Shown: piece by piece, positions 17,735 through 27,767 of the stretch
Numbering within the stretch: the stretch's first letter is position 1
How the letters are laid out: each line of letters begins with the position of its first letter
Sequence record: NZ_CP069608.1
Origin: a plasmid
DNA: 64,000 bases
Reading direction: 5' to 3' (one strand)
Made by a program: the position numbers and the translations under genes
The notes under the pieces: generated by a model
Database searches by the model: none
Told to the model about the DNA's origin: nothing
What the model saw: the letters and a program-made list of their open reading frames with translations, nothing else

Positions 17735-17759
17735 AATTTCCTCCTTATATTCAAACATT

Positions 17760-17819
17760 CAAATGTGTATTTGTTTATAATATATGCCATTTTTTAAAAA
17801 TGTTCAAATGTTTATTTGA
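17760..17819 (-). promoter_or_regulatory. cadC promoter region with two CadC-type operator dyads (CAAAT-gtgt-ATTTG at 17760-17773; TCAAAT-gttt-ATTTGA at 17804-17819)
   Basis: Dyads seen in sequence; resemble the TCAAATAAATATTTGA-type CadC operator. Confidence 0.5.
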
Positions 17820-17921
17820 TTATTTTAATTATATTTTTAAACTAGCACTAAATTACCGATAAAAAAGCATATGTTGGATATTAGGGGATAGTTTAAGGTT
17901 GATAGCAAAAGGGGGAAAGAC

Positions 17922-18173
17922 ATGAAATGTCTTAAAGCATTGAAAGTATTTTATGTACTTTTAGCTGTAGTGGGAGCCATTCTAGCTATCGTTTCTTACT
18001 TTCAGCATTCACTTTACTTGAAGTCATTTGGTCTTGTTTTGTTAGGAGCATCACTCGTTTTTAATGGTTACGCTACTCATTTAGAGTGGAAAGGAAAGGG
18101 ACCCTTTCTTTACATGGGTATAGGCCTAATAGTGATTGTGATAGCTATAGGTGGTTTTACTGAGGCATGGTAA
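17922..18173 (+). CDS. Small membrane protein (2-3 TM), hypothetical
   Basis: ORF, hydrophobic. Confidence 0.4.
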   Translation: MKCLKALKVFYVLLAVVGAILAIVSYFQHSLYLKSFGLVLLGASLVFNGYATHLEWKGKGPFLYMGIGLIVIVIAIGGFTEAW

Positions 18174-18413
18174 CTATTCTTTATTAAAGAAGGAAGGTCT
18201 ATAGAAATAGAAAATATGTTGAATGTTTTAGGTTCCAACATCTAAGAACAACCAAACTATCCTCATTTTCAGCAAAGGTTTCTTACTATTATTATCTCTT
18301 TTATAAGTGAGTGCCGTTATTTCTGCTGAAAATCTATAAAACATAGGTATGATTGCCTTTTCATCGAATAGGTTAATTGTAAATAACAATATAGCCGAAA
18401 GGAAGTAACAATT

Positions 18414-19139
18414 ATGCACATAGAAATGAATTTATTATTCACTTTAGGTTCATTACTTGGCTTGTTAGTAGGCGGTGGCCTCCTTAAAATAGTGAGCTAT
18501 GTAGTTCAGGGAAGGATCCAGTTTATGTATGCCATTTGTGGAGGAATCTTATTAGGATTATTGTTATTTGATATCCTTCCCTCTACTTGGCATATATACG
18601 ACCTAAAAGGAGTACTATTGGGAATTGTTGCAGGATATATCGTAATGCTATGTATTGATCTCTTTTTGCATAAGAAAAATAGTGAAATTTCACCTTTACA
18701 AGCACTCATTTTATTAACAGTTGCTATATTCTTTCATAATGTAATTACTGGAATTACATTTGGTATAACCGATATACATGAATCAACTTCTGTATTTGTA
18801 GCCACCATTTTACACCAGGTCCCAGAGGGCATGGCGATCATGACTGTTCTTTCCGTAGCAAAAGTCCCTCAATTATTCTTCTTACTAATTGTAGCCTTCT
18901 TATCTCTATCCTTAGGTGGGAGTTTATTGATTGGAGAAAGCGTACAAGCTTCCTCACTTAAATTACAAGCTTTATCGACCGGGGGAGCAATCGGAACATT
19001 GTCCTTTGTTATCTTTCATGAAGTAATAGGCAAGGCTGTGATTCATTTCAGACGTCTACATGTATGGATGCTTATAGGCTTAGGAGTATTAATTATTTAC
19101 GTTTATCAGTATTCTCTTTCATTGTTTCACGGTCATTAA
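18414..19139 (+). CDS. ZIP-family (ZupT-like) metal cation transporter
   Basis: Eight hydrophobic segments; HNVITGITFG and HQVPEGMA motifs typical of ZIP/ZupT. Confidence 0.55.
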   Translation: MHIEMNLLFTLGSLLGLLVGGGLLKIVSYVVQGRIQFMYAICGGILLGLLLFDILPSTWHIYDLKGVLLGIVAGYIVMLCIDLFLHKKNSEISPLQALILLTVAIFFHNVITGITFGITDIHESTSVFVATILHQVPEGMAIMTVLSVAKVPQLFFLLIVAFLSLSLGGSLLIGESVQASSLKLQALSTGGAIGTLSFVIFHEVIGKAVIHFRRLHVWMLIGLGVLIIYVYQYSLSLFHGH

Positions 19140-19252
19140 TGGGATTTTATTTTTAGTTGTTTTAAAAACGCCAAGAATGATGAATATACCTTGTAGGCTG
19201 AACTTTTCCCTACTATTATAGAATTAGTTACTAAAATAAATAGTAGGAAAGG

Positions 19253-19786
19253 ATGTTTCAGTTGCATAAAAGGTCTCTATTTGTACTAATCATGTTAGTC
19301 GTTAGTTTTATCTCGGTGGCTTGTTCAAACACAAACGAAGAAAAGGTAAGCAAAGAAACAACAAGCCAAACAAAGAAAGACCACGAACAGCACTCAGAAG
19401 TCGCTAGTGGTGATATTAGAGAAGAAACAACAAGTAATGGAGTTTTACCTGAATTTTTAAAAGATAAATCGGAAGATATGCAAGTCATTTATGCAGATGC
19501 TGCACAAAACAAAGAGCTATTAGAGAATATTCCATGTTACTGTGGCTGTGGTGAATCTGCAGGGCACAAAAATAACTATGATTGCTTCATCTATAAGAAT
19601 AAAGAAGATGGAAAGGTAGTATGGGATGACCATGGAACAAAATGTGGTGTTTGTCTCGAGATTGCAGCTCAGTCAGTTTCTGATTTGAAATCCGGCAAAT
19701 CAATTAAACAAATTCGTCAATCAATTGATGAAAAATATAAAAGTGGTTATGCTAAACCAACACCAACACCAACTCCAGAGGTTTAA
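19253..19786 (+). CDS. PCYCGC-motif lipoprotein (candidate metal-binding)
   Basis: Signal peptide + lipobox ISVAC; IPCYCGCGESAGHKNNYDCF...TKCGVCLEIA; C-terminal PTPTPTPEV. Confidence 0.7.
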   Translation: MFQLHKRSLFVLIMLVVSFISVACSNTNEEKVSKETTSQTKKDHEQHSEVASGDIREETTSNGVLPEFLKDKSEDMQVIYADAAQNKELLENIPCYCGCGESAGHKNNYDCFIYKNKEDGKVVWDDHGTKCGVCLEIAAQSVSDLKSGKSIKQIRQSIDEKYKSGYAKPTPTPTPEV

Positions 19787-20003
19787 AATCCCTTTTATAA
19801 AAGGAGAGAATGATGATAGTATTCCTTATCTTGATGGCTTGTTTTGGATTAACTTTAACCCTTTTAGGCTTATGGTTTGTAATTAAAGATGGTAAGAGGA
19901 ATATAAAAAATAATTGGAAAGAAAGGTAAAGAGATTAGAAGTTTTATTTATGGAGGAATAGTGATTGTTTAAATTACTTTTTTTTGGAAAATATAAAGTA
20001 TTT

Positions 20004-21339
20004 TGGTTCATCACCAAAAGTTGTACTTGCACCTGTCATGAAAGTATGTTAGCTGTTTCTAGCCGAACCCGCAATGCAAAACGCTGGATATTTCTGTATC
20101 CGTATCCCCGACGTTTCATCAGCTTGATCTTGTTATTTGTTCCCTCCATTTTCCCATTTGAATAAGGGGATAAAATGCACGATATGATTTCGTCTGTTCG
20201 TTTGACGAGTGATTTTGCGATGGCGCGAACAGCAGAACAAGGACAAAACAAATACCGATGAACCCAGGCGTTCAAACGACGTTTCGCTTGTCGCTCGTTT
20301 TGGCTTTTGGATACATAACGAAAATGTTGAAGGGATTGATAGACAGCCTGCAAGGAATCGCTCTCTTTCTGCCACTCCCGCACCGTTTGGCGTTCCTCCT
20401 CGGTGAGCTTCTCGGGGCGCTGGGTCAATAAGCGGCAAACATACCGGACATGCCCATGTTTCTTGTTCCCTTTTCCGAAGGATTTGCGGCATCGATCCAA
20501 CGCTTCCGTAAACAATTGAATCACATGAAAATAATCGACCACATGCTTCGCTTCCGGACACGCCCCTTGAATCGCTTTTTTCATCGCTGGAGCCAAATCG
20601 CTCACGACATACTGAACAGAATCAGACACAGGAGCCAACACACGTCCAATGGCTTCCTCGTTCTTTCCTGCTTCAACGGCATACACTTCTCCCGTTTCGG
20701 CATCCATGATCGCCACTCCGTAATCATGCCCTTTTCGAAACGCAAACTCATCGACACAAACTGCCTTTGGTTGGATGTCATTCGATAGGAAGGAAGGGGC
20801 ATGGGTATAAAACCAACGTTCCACGGTCGTGTAAGGAAGCTTGAGCATACGAGCCACCGCCTGAATGGATGTTCCGATGCAAGATTGCGCCACCCATTGC
20901 TGAAACGCATCCGTCGCTACACTTCGAGGGGAAATTCCGGGATAAGACGTGCTGAATGTCATGCCACATGTACCACAACGTCTACGCTCCACAGGGAGTT
21001 CCACCCAAAAGATGCCGATCCGTTGAGCATACCCATGCATCCATTGCTTCTTTTTGCCTGTCATTTTGATTGTACGCTTCAAGCAGACAGGACATAATGG
21101 GCATTGTTCGGGTAGAGAAAGTTCGAAAATCCAACGTTCTTCTTCTTTTCGCACCTTTTGAATCAAAACATCTGGTAAATCGATGAGTTCTTTGATAAAC
21201 TGAGCGTACATGCGAATTTTCCTCCAATGGTTTGGTTTGGTCACCTTTACCATACAGGAAAATTCGCATTTTTTGTATCCTCTATTTTCCCTATGCATAC
21301 CTATCTTAAAATCTCAAGTACAACTTGTGGTGAAGAGCC
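20004..21339 (-). mobile_element. ISL3-family insertion sequence, intact, with terminal IRs and 8-bp target-site duplication AGTATTTT
   Basis: IRs GGTTCATCACCAAAAGTTGTACTTG (left) and GGCTCTTCACCACAAGTTGTACTTG (right, reverse complement). Direct repeat AGTATTTT at 19996-20003 and 21340-21347. Confidence 0.8.
20036..21211 (-). CDS. ISL3-family transposase
   Basis: Zn-finger-like N-terminus CPLCPVC; DDE region DEFAFRKGHDYGVAIMDAETGEV...; C-terminal ...SNGKMEGTNNKIKLMKRRGYGYRN. Confidence 0.85.
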   Translation of the reverse strand: MYAQFIKELIDLPDVLIQKVRKEEERWIFELSLPEQCPLCPVCLKRTIKMTGKKKQWMHGYAQRIGIFWVELPVERRRCGTCGMTFSTSYPGISPRSVATDAFQQWVAQSCIGTSIQAVARMLKLPYTTVERWFYTHAPSFLSNDIQPKAVCVDEFAFRKGHDYGVAIMDAETGEVYAVEAGKNEEAIGRVLAPVSDSVQYVVSDLAPAMKKAIQGACPEAKHVVDYFHVIQLFTEALDRCRKSFGKGNKKHGHVRYVCRLLTQRPEKLTEEERQTVREWQKESDSLQAVYQSLQHFRYVSKSQNERQAKRRLNAWVHRYLFCPCSAVRAIAKSLVKRTDEIISCILSPYSNGKMEGTNNKIKLMKRRGYGYRNIQRFALRVRLETANILS

Positions 21340-21510
21340 AGTATTTTATTATAAATAAATGAGAATAAACATTTTGAAGAAGTCTTTACGGTTTTTAAGT
21401 AAAGACTTCTTTCTTTTATAAAATTGTGAACAAACAGTGACATAGCTTGCTGTTTGGACTGCTACTATTTATGATTATAGAGCTAGTAATAATAATATAC
21501 GGAAGAAAGG

Positions 21511-22008
21511 ATGCTTAGATTGTTTAAAAAACTTTTATTTTTATCAGCAGTATTAATAATCACTACTATATGGGTTATTTTACCAAATGCGAATATAGGA
21601 AAAGATGCTCAAATAAATAATAACACAGCAGATGCTAGTGAGGATGTCAGGGAAGAGACAGAGAGCCAAACCTTACCTACATTTTTGAGTGAGAAACCTG
21701 ACAATATAAAAATAGTCTATACAGAAGTTTCGAAAAACAAAAAGTTATTGGAGAATATTCCATGTTATTGTGGCAGTGGGGAAGCAGAAGGTCATAAGAG
21801 TAACTACGATTGTTTTATTAAAGAGAACAAAGATAACGGTAGAGTAGTATGGGATGATCATGCAACAAAGTCTCGAATCTGTCCAAATATTGCGTCTCAA
21901 GCGATTGTAGACTATAACGATGGAAAATCAATCAAGGAAATTCGCCAGGGTGTTGAGGATAAGTTTAAAGAAGGATACCCTAATCCTACTCCAACTCCTG
22001 AAGTATGA
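21511..22008 (+). CDS. PCYCGC-family paralog (degenerate: CYCGSG, second Cys pair lost)
   Basis: IPCYCGSGEAEGHKSNYDCF...; C-terminal PNPTPTPEV; N-terminal signal/TM. Confidence 0.65.
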   Translation: MLRLFKKLLFLSAVLIITTIWVILPNANIGKDAQINNNTADASEDVREETESQTLPTFLSEKPDNIKIVYTEVSKNKKLLENIPCYCGSGEAEGHKSNYDCFIKENKDNGRVVWDDHATKSRICPNIASQAIVDYNDGKSIKEIRQGVEDKFKEGYPNPTPTPEV

Positions 22009-22049
22009 TTCTAAATTGAGCAACAATCGTAAAATTATACACACTAAAA

Positions 22050-22085
22050 AGCCAGCAGATACTATTAATCGTCTGGCTTTTTCAA
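22050..22085 (+). terminator. Hairpin AAAAGCCAG...CTGGCTTTTT after the PCYCGC paralog
   Basis: Seen in sequence. Confidence 0.5.
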
Positions 22086-22175
22086 TTAAGAACAAGTAGA
22101 ATTTTAAGAACAATATTAGGATTCTTCTCACCATCTTACCTAGAAGCAGCTACTATAGTGTGTTAACAAGGAATG

Positions 22176-22232
22176 TTGACACATTAATCTTGAAATGCAT
22201 ATAATCAATATATGAACAATTGTTCATATATT
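22176..22232 (+). promoter_or_regulatory. Sigma-A-type promoter (TTGACA-18-TATAAT) followed by a perfect 26-bp palindrome AATATATGAACAA|TTGTTCATATATT; ArsR/SmtB (CzrA-type) operator
   Basis: Seen in sequence; near-identical promoter/operator at 24279-24346. Confidence 0.6.
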
Positions 22233-22338
22233 CACCTTAATGAAAACATGTTCAGGTAGATTACAGTTAACAACTATACTACGTATATTAAAAGTTTAAC
22301 TATTTAAAATCCTGAATATGCATATAGGAGGGAGAAAA

Positions 22339-22680
22339 ATGTCAGATTTTTTTAGACGTTTATTAGGTGATCATCATGACGACCATCACCGTCGACATGG
22401 GCATCACGGGGACCATCACGGGCATCACGATGACCATCACGGGCATCAGGATTATTATGAAGAGCCTCGTCCATATCGATATGAGGACCCAAGAACTACA
22501 CCAAGGCCTTCAAATATGATTGTTTGTCGGCGCTGTAATGCTTCTAATGATGTGAGTCATAAGTTTTGTTATGAATGTGGAGATCGGCTTCAAAAAGATC
22601 CTGTACTTTGTCCAAAATGCAATAATACTGTAATGGCACACGCAAAATTTTGTCAGCAGTGTGGAACATCTATTAGATGA
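22339..22680 (+). CDS. His-rich protein with C-terminal double zinc-ribbon
   Basis: MSDFFRRLLGDHHDDHHRRHGHHGDHHGHHDDHHGHQDYY... then CRRC...CYEC...CPKC...CQQC; GGAGGG RBS. Confidence 0.6.
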   Translation: MSDFFRRLLGDHHDDHHRRHGHHGDHHGHHDDHHGHQDYYEEPRPYRYEDPRTTPRPSNMIVCRRCNASNDVSHKFCYECGDRLQKDPVLCPKCNNTVMAHAKFCQQCGTSIR

Positions 22681-22682
22681 AC

Positions 22683-22725
22683 AAAACCTTCTCTTCTTAC
22701 AACCTGAAGAGAAGGTTTTGTCATT
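22683..22725 (+). terminator. Perfect hairpin AAAACCTTCTCTTC-ttacaacctg-AAGAGAAGGTTTT
   Basis: Seen in sequence. Confidence 0.6.
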
Positions 22726-22958
22726 AAAAGCTAATTTTATTTACCTATACTATAAAGAGCACATATTTATTTTGTTTTTAAAACATCAAAACAACTACTC
22801 ATTAGGCTTTCCATATATTAAATTAAAGATGCGAAATTAACCTTTCACGCACTTTACAGCTTGATTTAGAAACCCGAAGTCTTGTGTTATGGTTTCAAAG
22901 AGACAAATCTGAAACAGATGCTAAATTCTCATTAGCATAAAGTAGAGAAATTGTATTT

Positions 22959-23951
22959 TTATTCTTTGCCATTCCAGTTCTTATCAATGTCAAACATTTC
23001 TTCTCCATGGGCATGTTGTTCGTCCTCTACTTGAATTGTCACGTGACCAATTTGAAACTTTTTCTCTAGAACTTGTTCAATGTTACGAATAATGTTCATA
23101 GTTTCTCGAACTGTGATACTTCCATCTACTTCAATATGACTACTCATCGCGTTTTTATTCGAAGTTAAACTCCAAATATGAAGATCATGAATGTCTTTAA
23201 CATCTGGTATAGATTTAATTTCTGTTTCTACTTCTGAAAATTCGATTCCAGCAGGGGTGCCTTCCATTAATACAACATAGGTTTCTTTTATGATACGCCA
23301 CGCCCCAACTGCCACAAGTAGGGCAATTAAAATACTTAAAATAGGATCTAGAATGTACCACTGTGTAAAATACATAATTATACCTGCTACAATAACCCCT
23401 GCTGAAGCTGCAGCATCACCCATTACGTGAAGCATGGCACTTCGAATGTTTACGTTGTCAGCTTGATTTTTCATACCTAGACCTATGTAAAGGTTTACAA
23501 CAAGTCCAATCCCTGCGGTAATAAATAAAACAGTTCCTTGAACGGGTTCGGGATTTGTAATACGTTTATAAGCTTCTCCACCAATAAAGATGGCTATTCC
23601 AATTAATGTTAATGCATTTAAAAGCGCGGCAAGTATCGTAATACGGTGATAGCCGTATGTCATAGAAGGCGAAGGGGGATTCAACGACATTCGAATGGCT
23701 AGCCAGGCCACAATTAGTGAGGCCACGTCGGTTAACATGTGCCCAGCATCACTTAATAAAGCCAAGCTATTTGCTAAAAAACCGCCTATCACTTCTGCAA
23801 TTAATACTAATAAGCCTAAAAAGATTGCTTTTTTTAATTTGTCTTGTGCAACGTGAACATGTCCCATTCCATGAGCATGTTCATCATGGTTATCATTATG
23901 TTGATGAACATGCCCGTTATTTTCTAGAATTTTCTCCATCATATCCTCCAT
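22959..23951 (-). CDS. czcD: Cation diffusion facilitator (CzcD-like Zn/Co/Cd efflux) with His-rich N- and C-termini
   Basis: CDF TM signature SLALLSDAGHMLTD ... HVMGDAAASAGVI; His-rich tails. Confidence 0.85.
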   Translation of the reverse strand: MEDMMEKILENNGHVHQHNDNHDEHAHGMGHVHVAQDKLKKAIFLGLLVLIAEVIGGFLANSLALLSDAGHMLTDVASLIVAWLAIRMSLNPPSPSMTYGYHRITILAALLNALTLIGIAIFIGGEAYKRITNPEPVQGTVLFITAGIGLVVNLYIGLGMKNQADNVNIRSAMLHVMGDAAASAGVIVAGIIMYFTQWYILDPILSILIALLVAVGAWRIIKETYVVLMEGTPAGIEFSEVETEIKSIPDVKDIHDLHIWSLTSNKNAMSSHIEVDGSITVRETMNIIRNIEQVLEKKFQIGHVTIQVEDEQHAHGEEMFDIDKNWNGKE

Positions 23952-24278
23952 GTAACATATTATTGTTATTAAAAATCGAGATGATTTTATAACTTCTTTC
24001 AGTTAATTCATTAATTTTTAATAAAGAAGCGCACATTTTGAACATTATCTTTATTTTTTATCCCCACTTTATATCTAGAACATATTTTAGATAATGATTG
24101 GAAACTTTCTCCGTTAACTACGTTAATGCTAGTATTTGTTTGTTCAGAAAACTTTATGCCGTGCTAGGAAGCGTTCTTGAGTACAAGATAAAAACAGTGA
24201 TCTTACACTTTATGGATTAAGAGCTGAATATTAAGTTCTTAAGAAAGGAAATATTATTAATTGTTTAGTAAATATCCA

Positions 24279-24346
24279 TTGACACATTAGAAGTATGCTA
24301 CATATAATGAAAACAAACATATGAACATATGAGTTATTGTTCATAT
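24279..24346 (+). promoter_or_regulatory. Sigma-A-type promoter (TTGACA-18-TATAAT) + ArsR-type operator (half-sites ATATGAACA / TGTTCATAT with 10-nt spacer; overlapping CATATG-AA-CATATG dyad)
   Basis: Seen in sequence; paralog of the 22176-22232 site. Confidence 0.55.
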
Positions 24347-24364
24347 ATTCAAGGATGTGAAAAT

Positions 24365-24766
24365 ATGATAACAAATAAAGAAACTAAAACAGTGGCGACA
24401 ATTCAGGAAACGTGCAGTCAAACGGTTATTCACGAAGAAGTCGTAGCAAAAGTAAAAGAGACAACACCAGATCAAGAAGTCTTAACAAATGTCGCAGAGC
24501 TATTTAAGGTATTAGGCGATCGAACAAGAACACGTATTCTCCATGCTTTATTTGAAACAGAAATGTGTGTATGTGACTTGGCTTATCTATTAGAAATGAC
24601 ACAATCATCCATTTCTCATCAGTTACGTGTCTTGAAGCAAGCTAAGCTGGTTAAAAATCGTAAAGCAGGAAAAGTAGTATATTACTCACTTGCTGATCAT
24701 CATGTGATTCAAATTTTCAATCAGGCATTCCAACATGTCACTGAAGATAGCATAAAAGAAGAATAG
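24365..24766 (+). CDS. czrA: ArsR/SmtB-family metalloregulator (CzrA/CadC-like; CVC alpha3 motif and DHH...H alpha5 motif)
   Basis: DRTRTRILHALFETEMCVCDLAYLLEMTQSSISHQLRVLKQAKLV...LADHHVIQIFNQAFQHV; start set at MITNK. Confidence 0.75.
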   Translation: MITNKETKTVATIQETCSQTVIHEEVVAKVKETTPDQEVLTNVAELFKVLGDRTRTRILHALFETEMCVCDLAYLLEMTQSSISHQLRVLKQAKLVKNRKAGKVVYYSLADHHVIQIFNQAFQHVTEDSIKEE

Positions 24767-24779
24767 AGGCGAGGAATCG

Positions 24780-27167
24780 ATGGAAGAACAAAAGCAAAAA
24801 GTGAAACGGGAACTGTTACTTGAAGGATTAGATTGTGCCAACTGTGCTCTTAAAATTGAAAATGGAGTAAAGGGTATACAAGGAGTATCTTCATGTTCTG
24901 TTAACTTTGTTACAAAGACTCTTACCTTAGAGACTGATAATACTCAAGAAGGAACAGTTATATTAGAGGCAAAGAAAAAAGTGAAAACGTTAGAACCTCA
25001 TATCAATATACAAGAAAAAGGGGCTTCTAAAAGAACTGCTGCTGTAAGAACTTTTTATCTAAAAGGATTAGATTGTGCAAATTGCGCAGCCAAAATTGAA
25101 CAAGGAGTAGGAAAACTAGAAGGAGTAACATCTTCTACTGTTGATTTTGTTTCTAAAAAACTAATTATGGAAGCTTCTAACCCAGATCAACTAGATCAAT
25201 TAGAAAATGAAGCTACAAAGATTGTGAAGAAGTTAGAGCCCGAAGTAGAAGTTATATCAGAGTCTCATAAACACGATGACGGTCATGATCATGGTCATGG
25301 TCACGACCATGATCACGGAAGTGAAAATACTAAAAAAATGTTTGCACGATTAGGAATAGGTGCTGTGCTAGCCGGAATCGGAATGTTTGCTCCTGTTTCC
25401 GGAGTGGCAGAGCTTGGATTATTTCTCATTGCTTATCTCATTATAGGTGGAGATATCGTTTTACGAGCTGTTAAAAATATTCTAAGAGGGCAAGTCTTTG
25501 ATGAACATTTTCTTATGGCTTTAGCAACCATCGGAGCATTTGCTATTAAACAGTACCCTGAAGGGGTTGCAGTTATGCTCTTCTACCAAGTGGGAGAATT
25601 ATTCCAAAGCATTGCTGTAAATCGTTCTCGTAAGTCTATTAGCGCATTGATGGATATTCGACCAGATTCTGCGAATGTAAAACGTGGAAGTGAATTCATA
25701 AAAGTTTCTCCAGAAGACGTAAATATAGGCGATATCATCTTGATTAAACCTGGCGAAAAAGTTCCACTAGATGGAAAAGTATTAGTTGGTACTTCAATGA
25801 TGGATACATCAGCTTTAACGGGAGAATCTGTACCACGAGAAGTAGAAGTCGGAAGCGATGTGCTTAGTGGGTTTATTAATAAGAATGGTGTCTTAACCGT
25901 AGAAGTAACAAAAGGATTTGAAGAATCAACCGTATCTAAAATTTTAGAGTTAGTTCAAAATGCAAGTAGTCGAAAAGCACCAACAGAAAACTTCATTACA
26001 AAATTTGCTCGTTATTACACTCCAGTTGTAGTAATTGTGGCAACAGCATTAGCTGTTTTACCACCGTTATTGATTAGTGGTGCTACTTTTTCAGATTGGA
26101 TTTATCGTGCACTAGTATTCTTAGTTATTTCTTGTCCTTGTGCACTTGTCGTTTCAATTCCATTAGGATTCTTTGGAGGAATAGGTGCTGCATCCAAAAC
26201 AGGTATTCTTGTAAAAGGAAGTAACTATTTAGAAGCGTTAAACGACGTTAAATATGTTGTATTTGATAAAACTGGTACATTGACCAAAGGTGTATTTAAA
26301 GTAACAAGTATTCGTCCTAAGTTTAACTTTACAAAAGAACAAGTTTTGGAATATGCAGCTTTAGCTGAAGTTCATTCTAATCATCCAATTGCGGAGTCTA
26401 TCCGCAAGGCATATGGAAAGAAAATAAATGAAGATGCAATACAGGAATATAATGAAATTTCAGGACATGGTATTTCGGTTACAGTAGATGGAAAAGAAAT
26501 TGCAGCTGGAAATGCTAAGCTTATGAACAAAGAACAAATCTCTTTTCAACGACCAGATGAAATTGGAACCATTGTTCATGTCGCTGTAGATAAACAATAC
26601 GCTGGATACATTGTTATTTCAGATGAAGTGAAAGAGGATTCTAATCAAGCCATTCAAGCCTTAAAAGCATTAGGCATTAAAAAGACAGTCATGCTAACTG
26701 GAGATGCGAAAGCAGTTGGAGATTCTGTGGGTAAACAGTTAGGGTTGGATGAAGTTCATGCAGAGTTGTTACCTCAACATAAGGTAGAGAAAATCGAGAA
26801 TTTAGATAAAGAAAAATCTCCAAAAGAAAAAATTATATTTGTAGGCGATGGTATTAACGATACACCTGTTTTAGCACGAGCAGATGTTGGAATTGCCATG
26901 GGGGGACTAGGGTCAGATGCAGCCATTGAGGCAGCAGACATTGTCATTATGACAGATGAGCCTTCTAAAATCCCAACAGCTATTGGTATCGCTAAACGTA
27001 CTCGTCGCATCGTATGGCAAAATATTTTATTTGCCTTGGGAGTTAAAGTTATCTTCTTACTATTAGGTGCATTTGGAATTGCAACCATGTGGGAAGCTGT
27101 CTTTTCAGATGTGGGTGTAACGTTGCTAGCTGTTTTAAATGCCATGCGTGTATTACGTTTGAAATAA
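24780..27167 (+). CDS. Zn/Cd-type heavy-metal P1B ATPase (CadA/ZntA-like), two HMA domains + His-rich linker
   Basis: GLDCANCALKIE, GLDCANCAAKIE; HKHDDGHDHGHGHDHDHG; SCPCALVVS; DKTGTLT; GDGINDTP. Confidence 0.9.
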   Translation: MEEQKQKVKRELLLEGLDCANCALKIENGVKGIQGVSSCSVNFVTKTLTLETDNTQEGTVILEAKKKVKTLEPHINIQEKGASKRTAAVRTFYLKGLDCANCAAKIEQGVGKLEGVTSSTVDFVSKKLIMEASNPDQLDQLENEATKIVKKLEPEVEVISESHKHDDGHDHGHGHDHDHGSENTKKMFARLGIGAVLAGIGMFAPVSGVAELGLFLIAYLIIGGDIVLRAVKNILRGQVFDEHFLMALATIGAFAIKQYPEGVAVMLFYQVGELFQSIAVNRSRKSISALMDIRPDSANVKRGSEFIKVSPEDVNIGDIILIKPGEKVPLDGKVLVGTSMMDTSALTGESVPREVEVGSDVLSGFINKNGVLTVEVTKGFEESTVSKILELVQNASSRKAPTENFITKFARYYTPVVVIVATALAVLPPLLISGATFSDWIYRALVFLVISCPCALVVSIPLGFFGGIGAASKTGILVKGSNYLEALNDVKYVVFDKTGTLTKGVFKVTSIRPKFNFTKEQVLEYAALAEVHSNHPIAESIRKAYGKKINEDAIQEYNEISGHGISVTVDGKEIAAGNAKLMNKEQISFQRPDEIGTIVHVAVDKQYAGYIVISDEVKEDSNQAIQALKALGIKKTVMLTGDAKAVGDSVGKQLGLDEVHAELLPQHKVEKIENLDKEKSPKEKIIFVGDGINDTPVLARADVGIAMGGLGSDAAIEAADIVIMTDEPSKIPTAIGIAKRTRRIVWQNILFALGVKVIFLLLGAFGIATMWEAVFSDVGVTLLAVLNAMRVLRLK

Positions 27168-27175
27168 ATAACAAA

Positions 27176-27215
27176 TAGAGCTGACCAATTTTATACTGGT
27201 CAGCTTTATTTGTTA
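27176..27215 (+). terminator. Hairpin AGCTGACCA-attttatac-TGGTCAGCT + T-rich tail
   Basis: Seen in sequence. Confidence 0.6.
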
Positions 27216-27767
27216 TTTATAACACCTGTAATTAAGAATTTTCTACTACAATCTTTGTCATATTTTGACCACTTTTTCTTCATAACTATTTTATATAATT
27301 GAATATGATCCATGTTGAAAATTAACTACCTATGACTATGAGAAAAATCATTTGATAAAACACGAAGAGAGGCCTTAATCAATGTTAACGCAAAAAATTA
27401 TCATACTGCTATTCATTATAGTATTCACCCTTGCAGCTTTTTCTACTTATCATCTGTTTGTCACTGATTCATATTTTAACCTAAAAACAGCTTTTCGTTT
27501 ACTGAATCATATTCCTTTTAGTTTGACAAACATATTTATTTTAATATTCGGTGTCTTAGGTGGTGTAGTGTTCTTTCTTAAACGATTTAAGGTCAAGAAA
27601 TAAATACTGTAATAAGCGTATTTATGAGGCTTAAAAATGCACCTAAAGTCTTCAAAGGAAGCTTAAAATATAGGAAATAAAAAGTTATGAGCTGTTTTAA
27701 ATTACATGAGGGACATTAATGTAATGTCCCTCACCTTTTTAGTCTTACATTATTTATAACTAATTTA

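Noticed and set aside
20133-21269. Multiple short ORFs on both strands inside the ISL3 element
   Set aside because: Overlap the transposase gene in other frames or strands; GC-rich IS sequence yields spurious ORFs.
23952-24250. CzrA-type operator upstream of czcD (22959..23951)
   Set aside because: Only isolated TGAACA and TGTTCA hexamers ~100 nt apart; no dyad comparable to the 22207 or 24319 sites.
26774-27145. 123-aa minus-strand ORF
   Set aside because: Antisense to the P-type ATPase 3' end.
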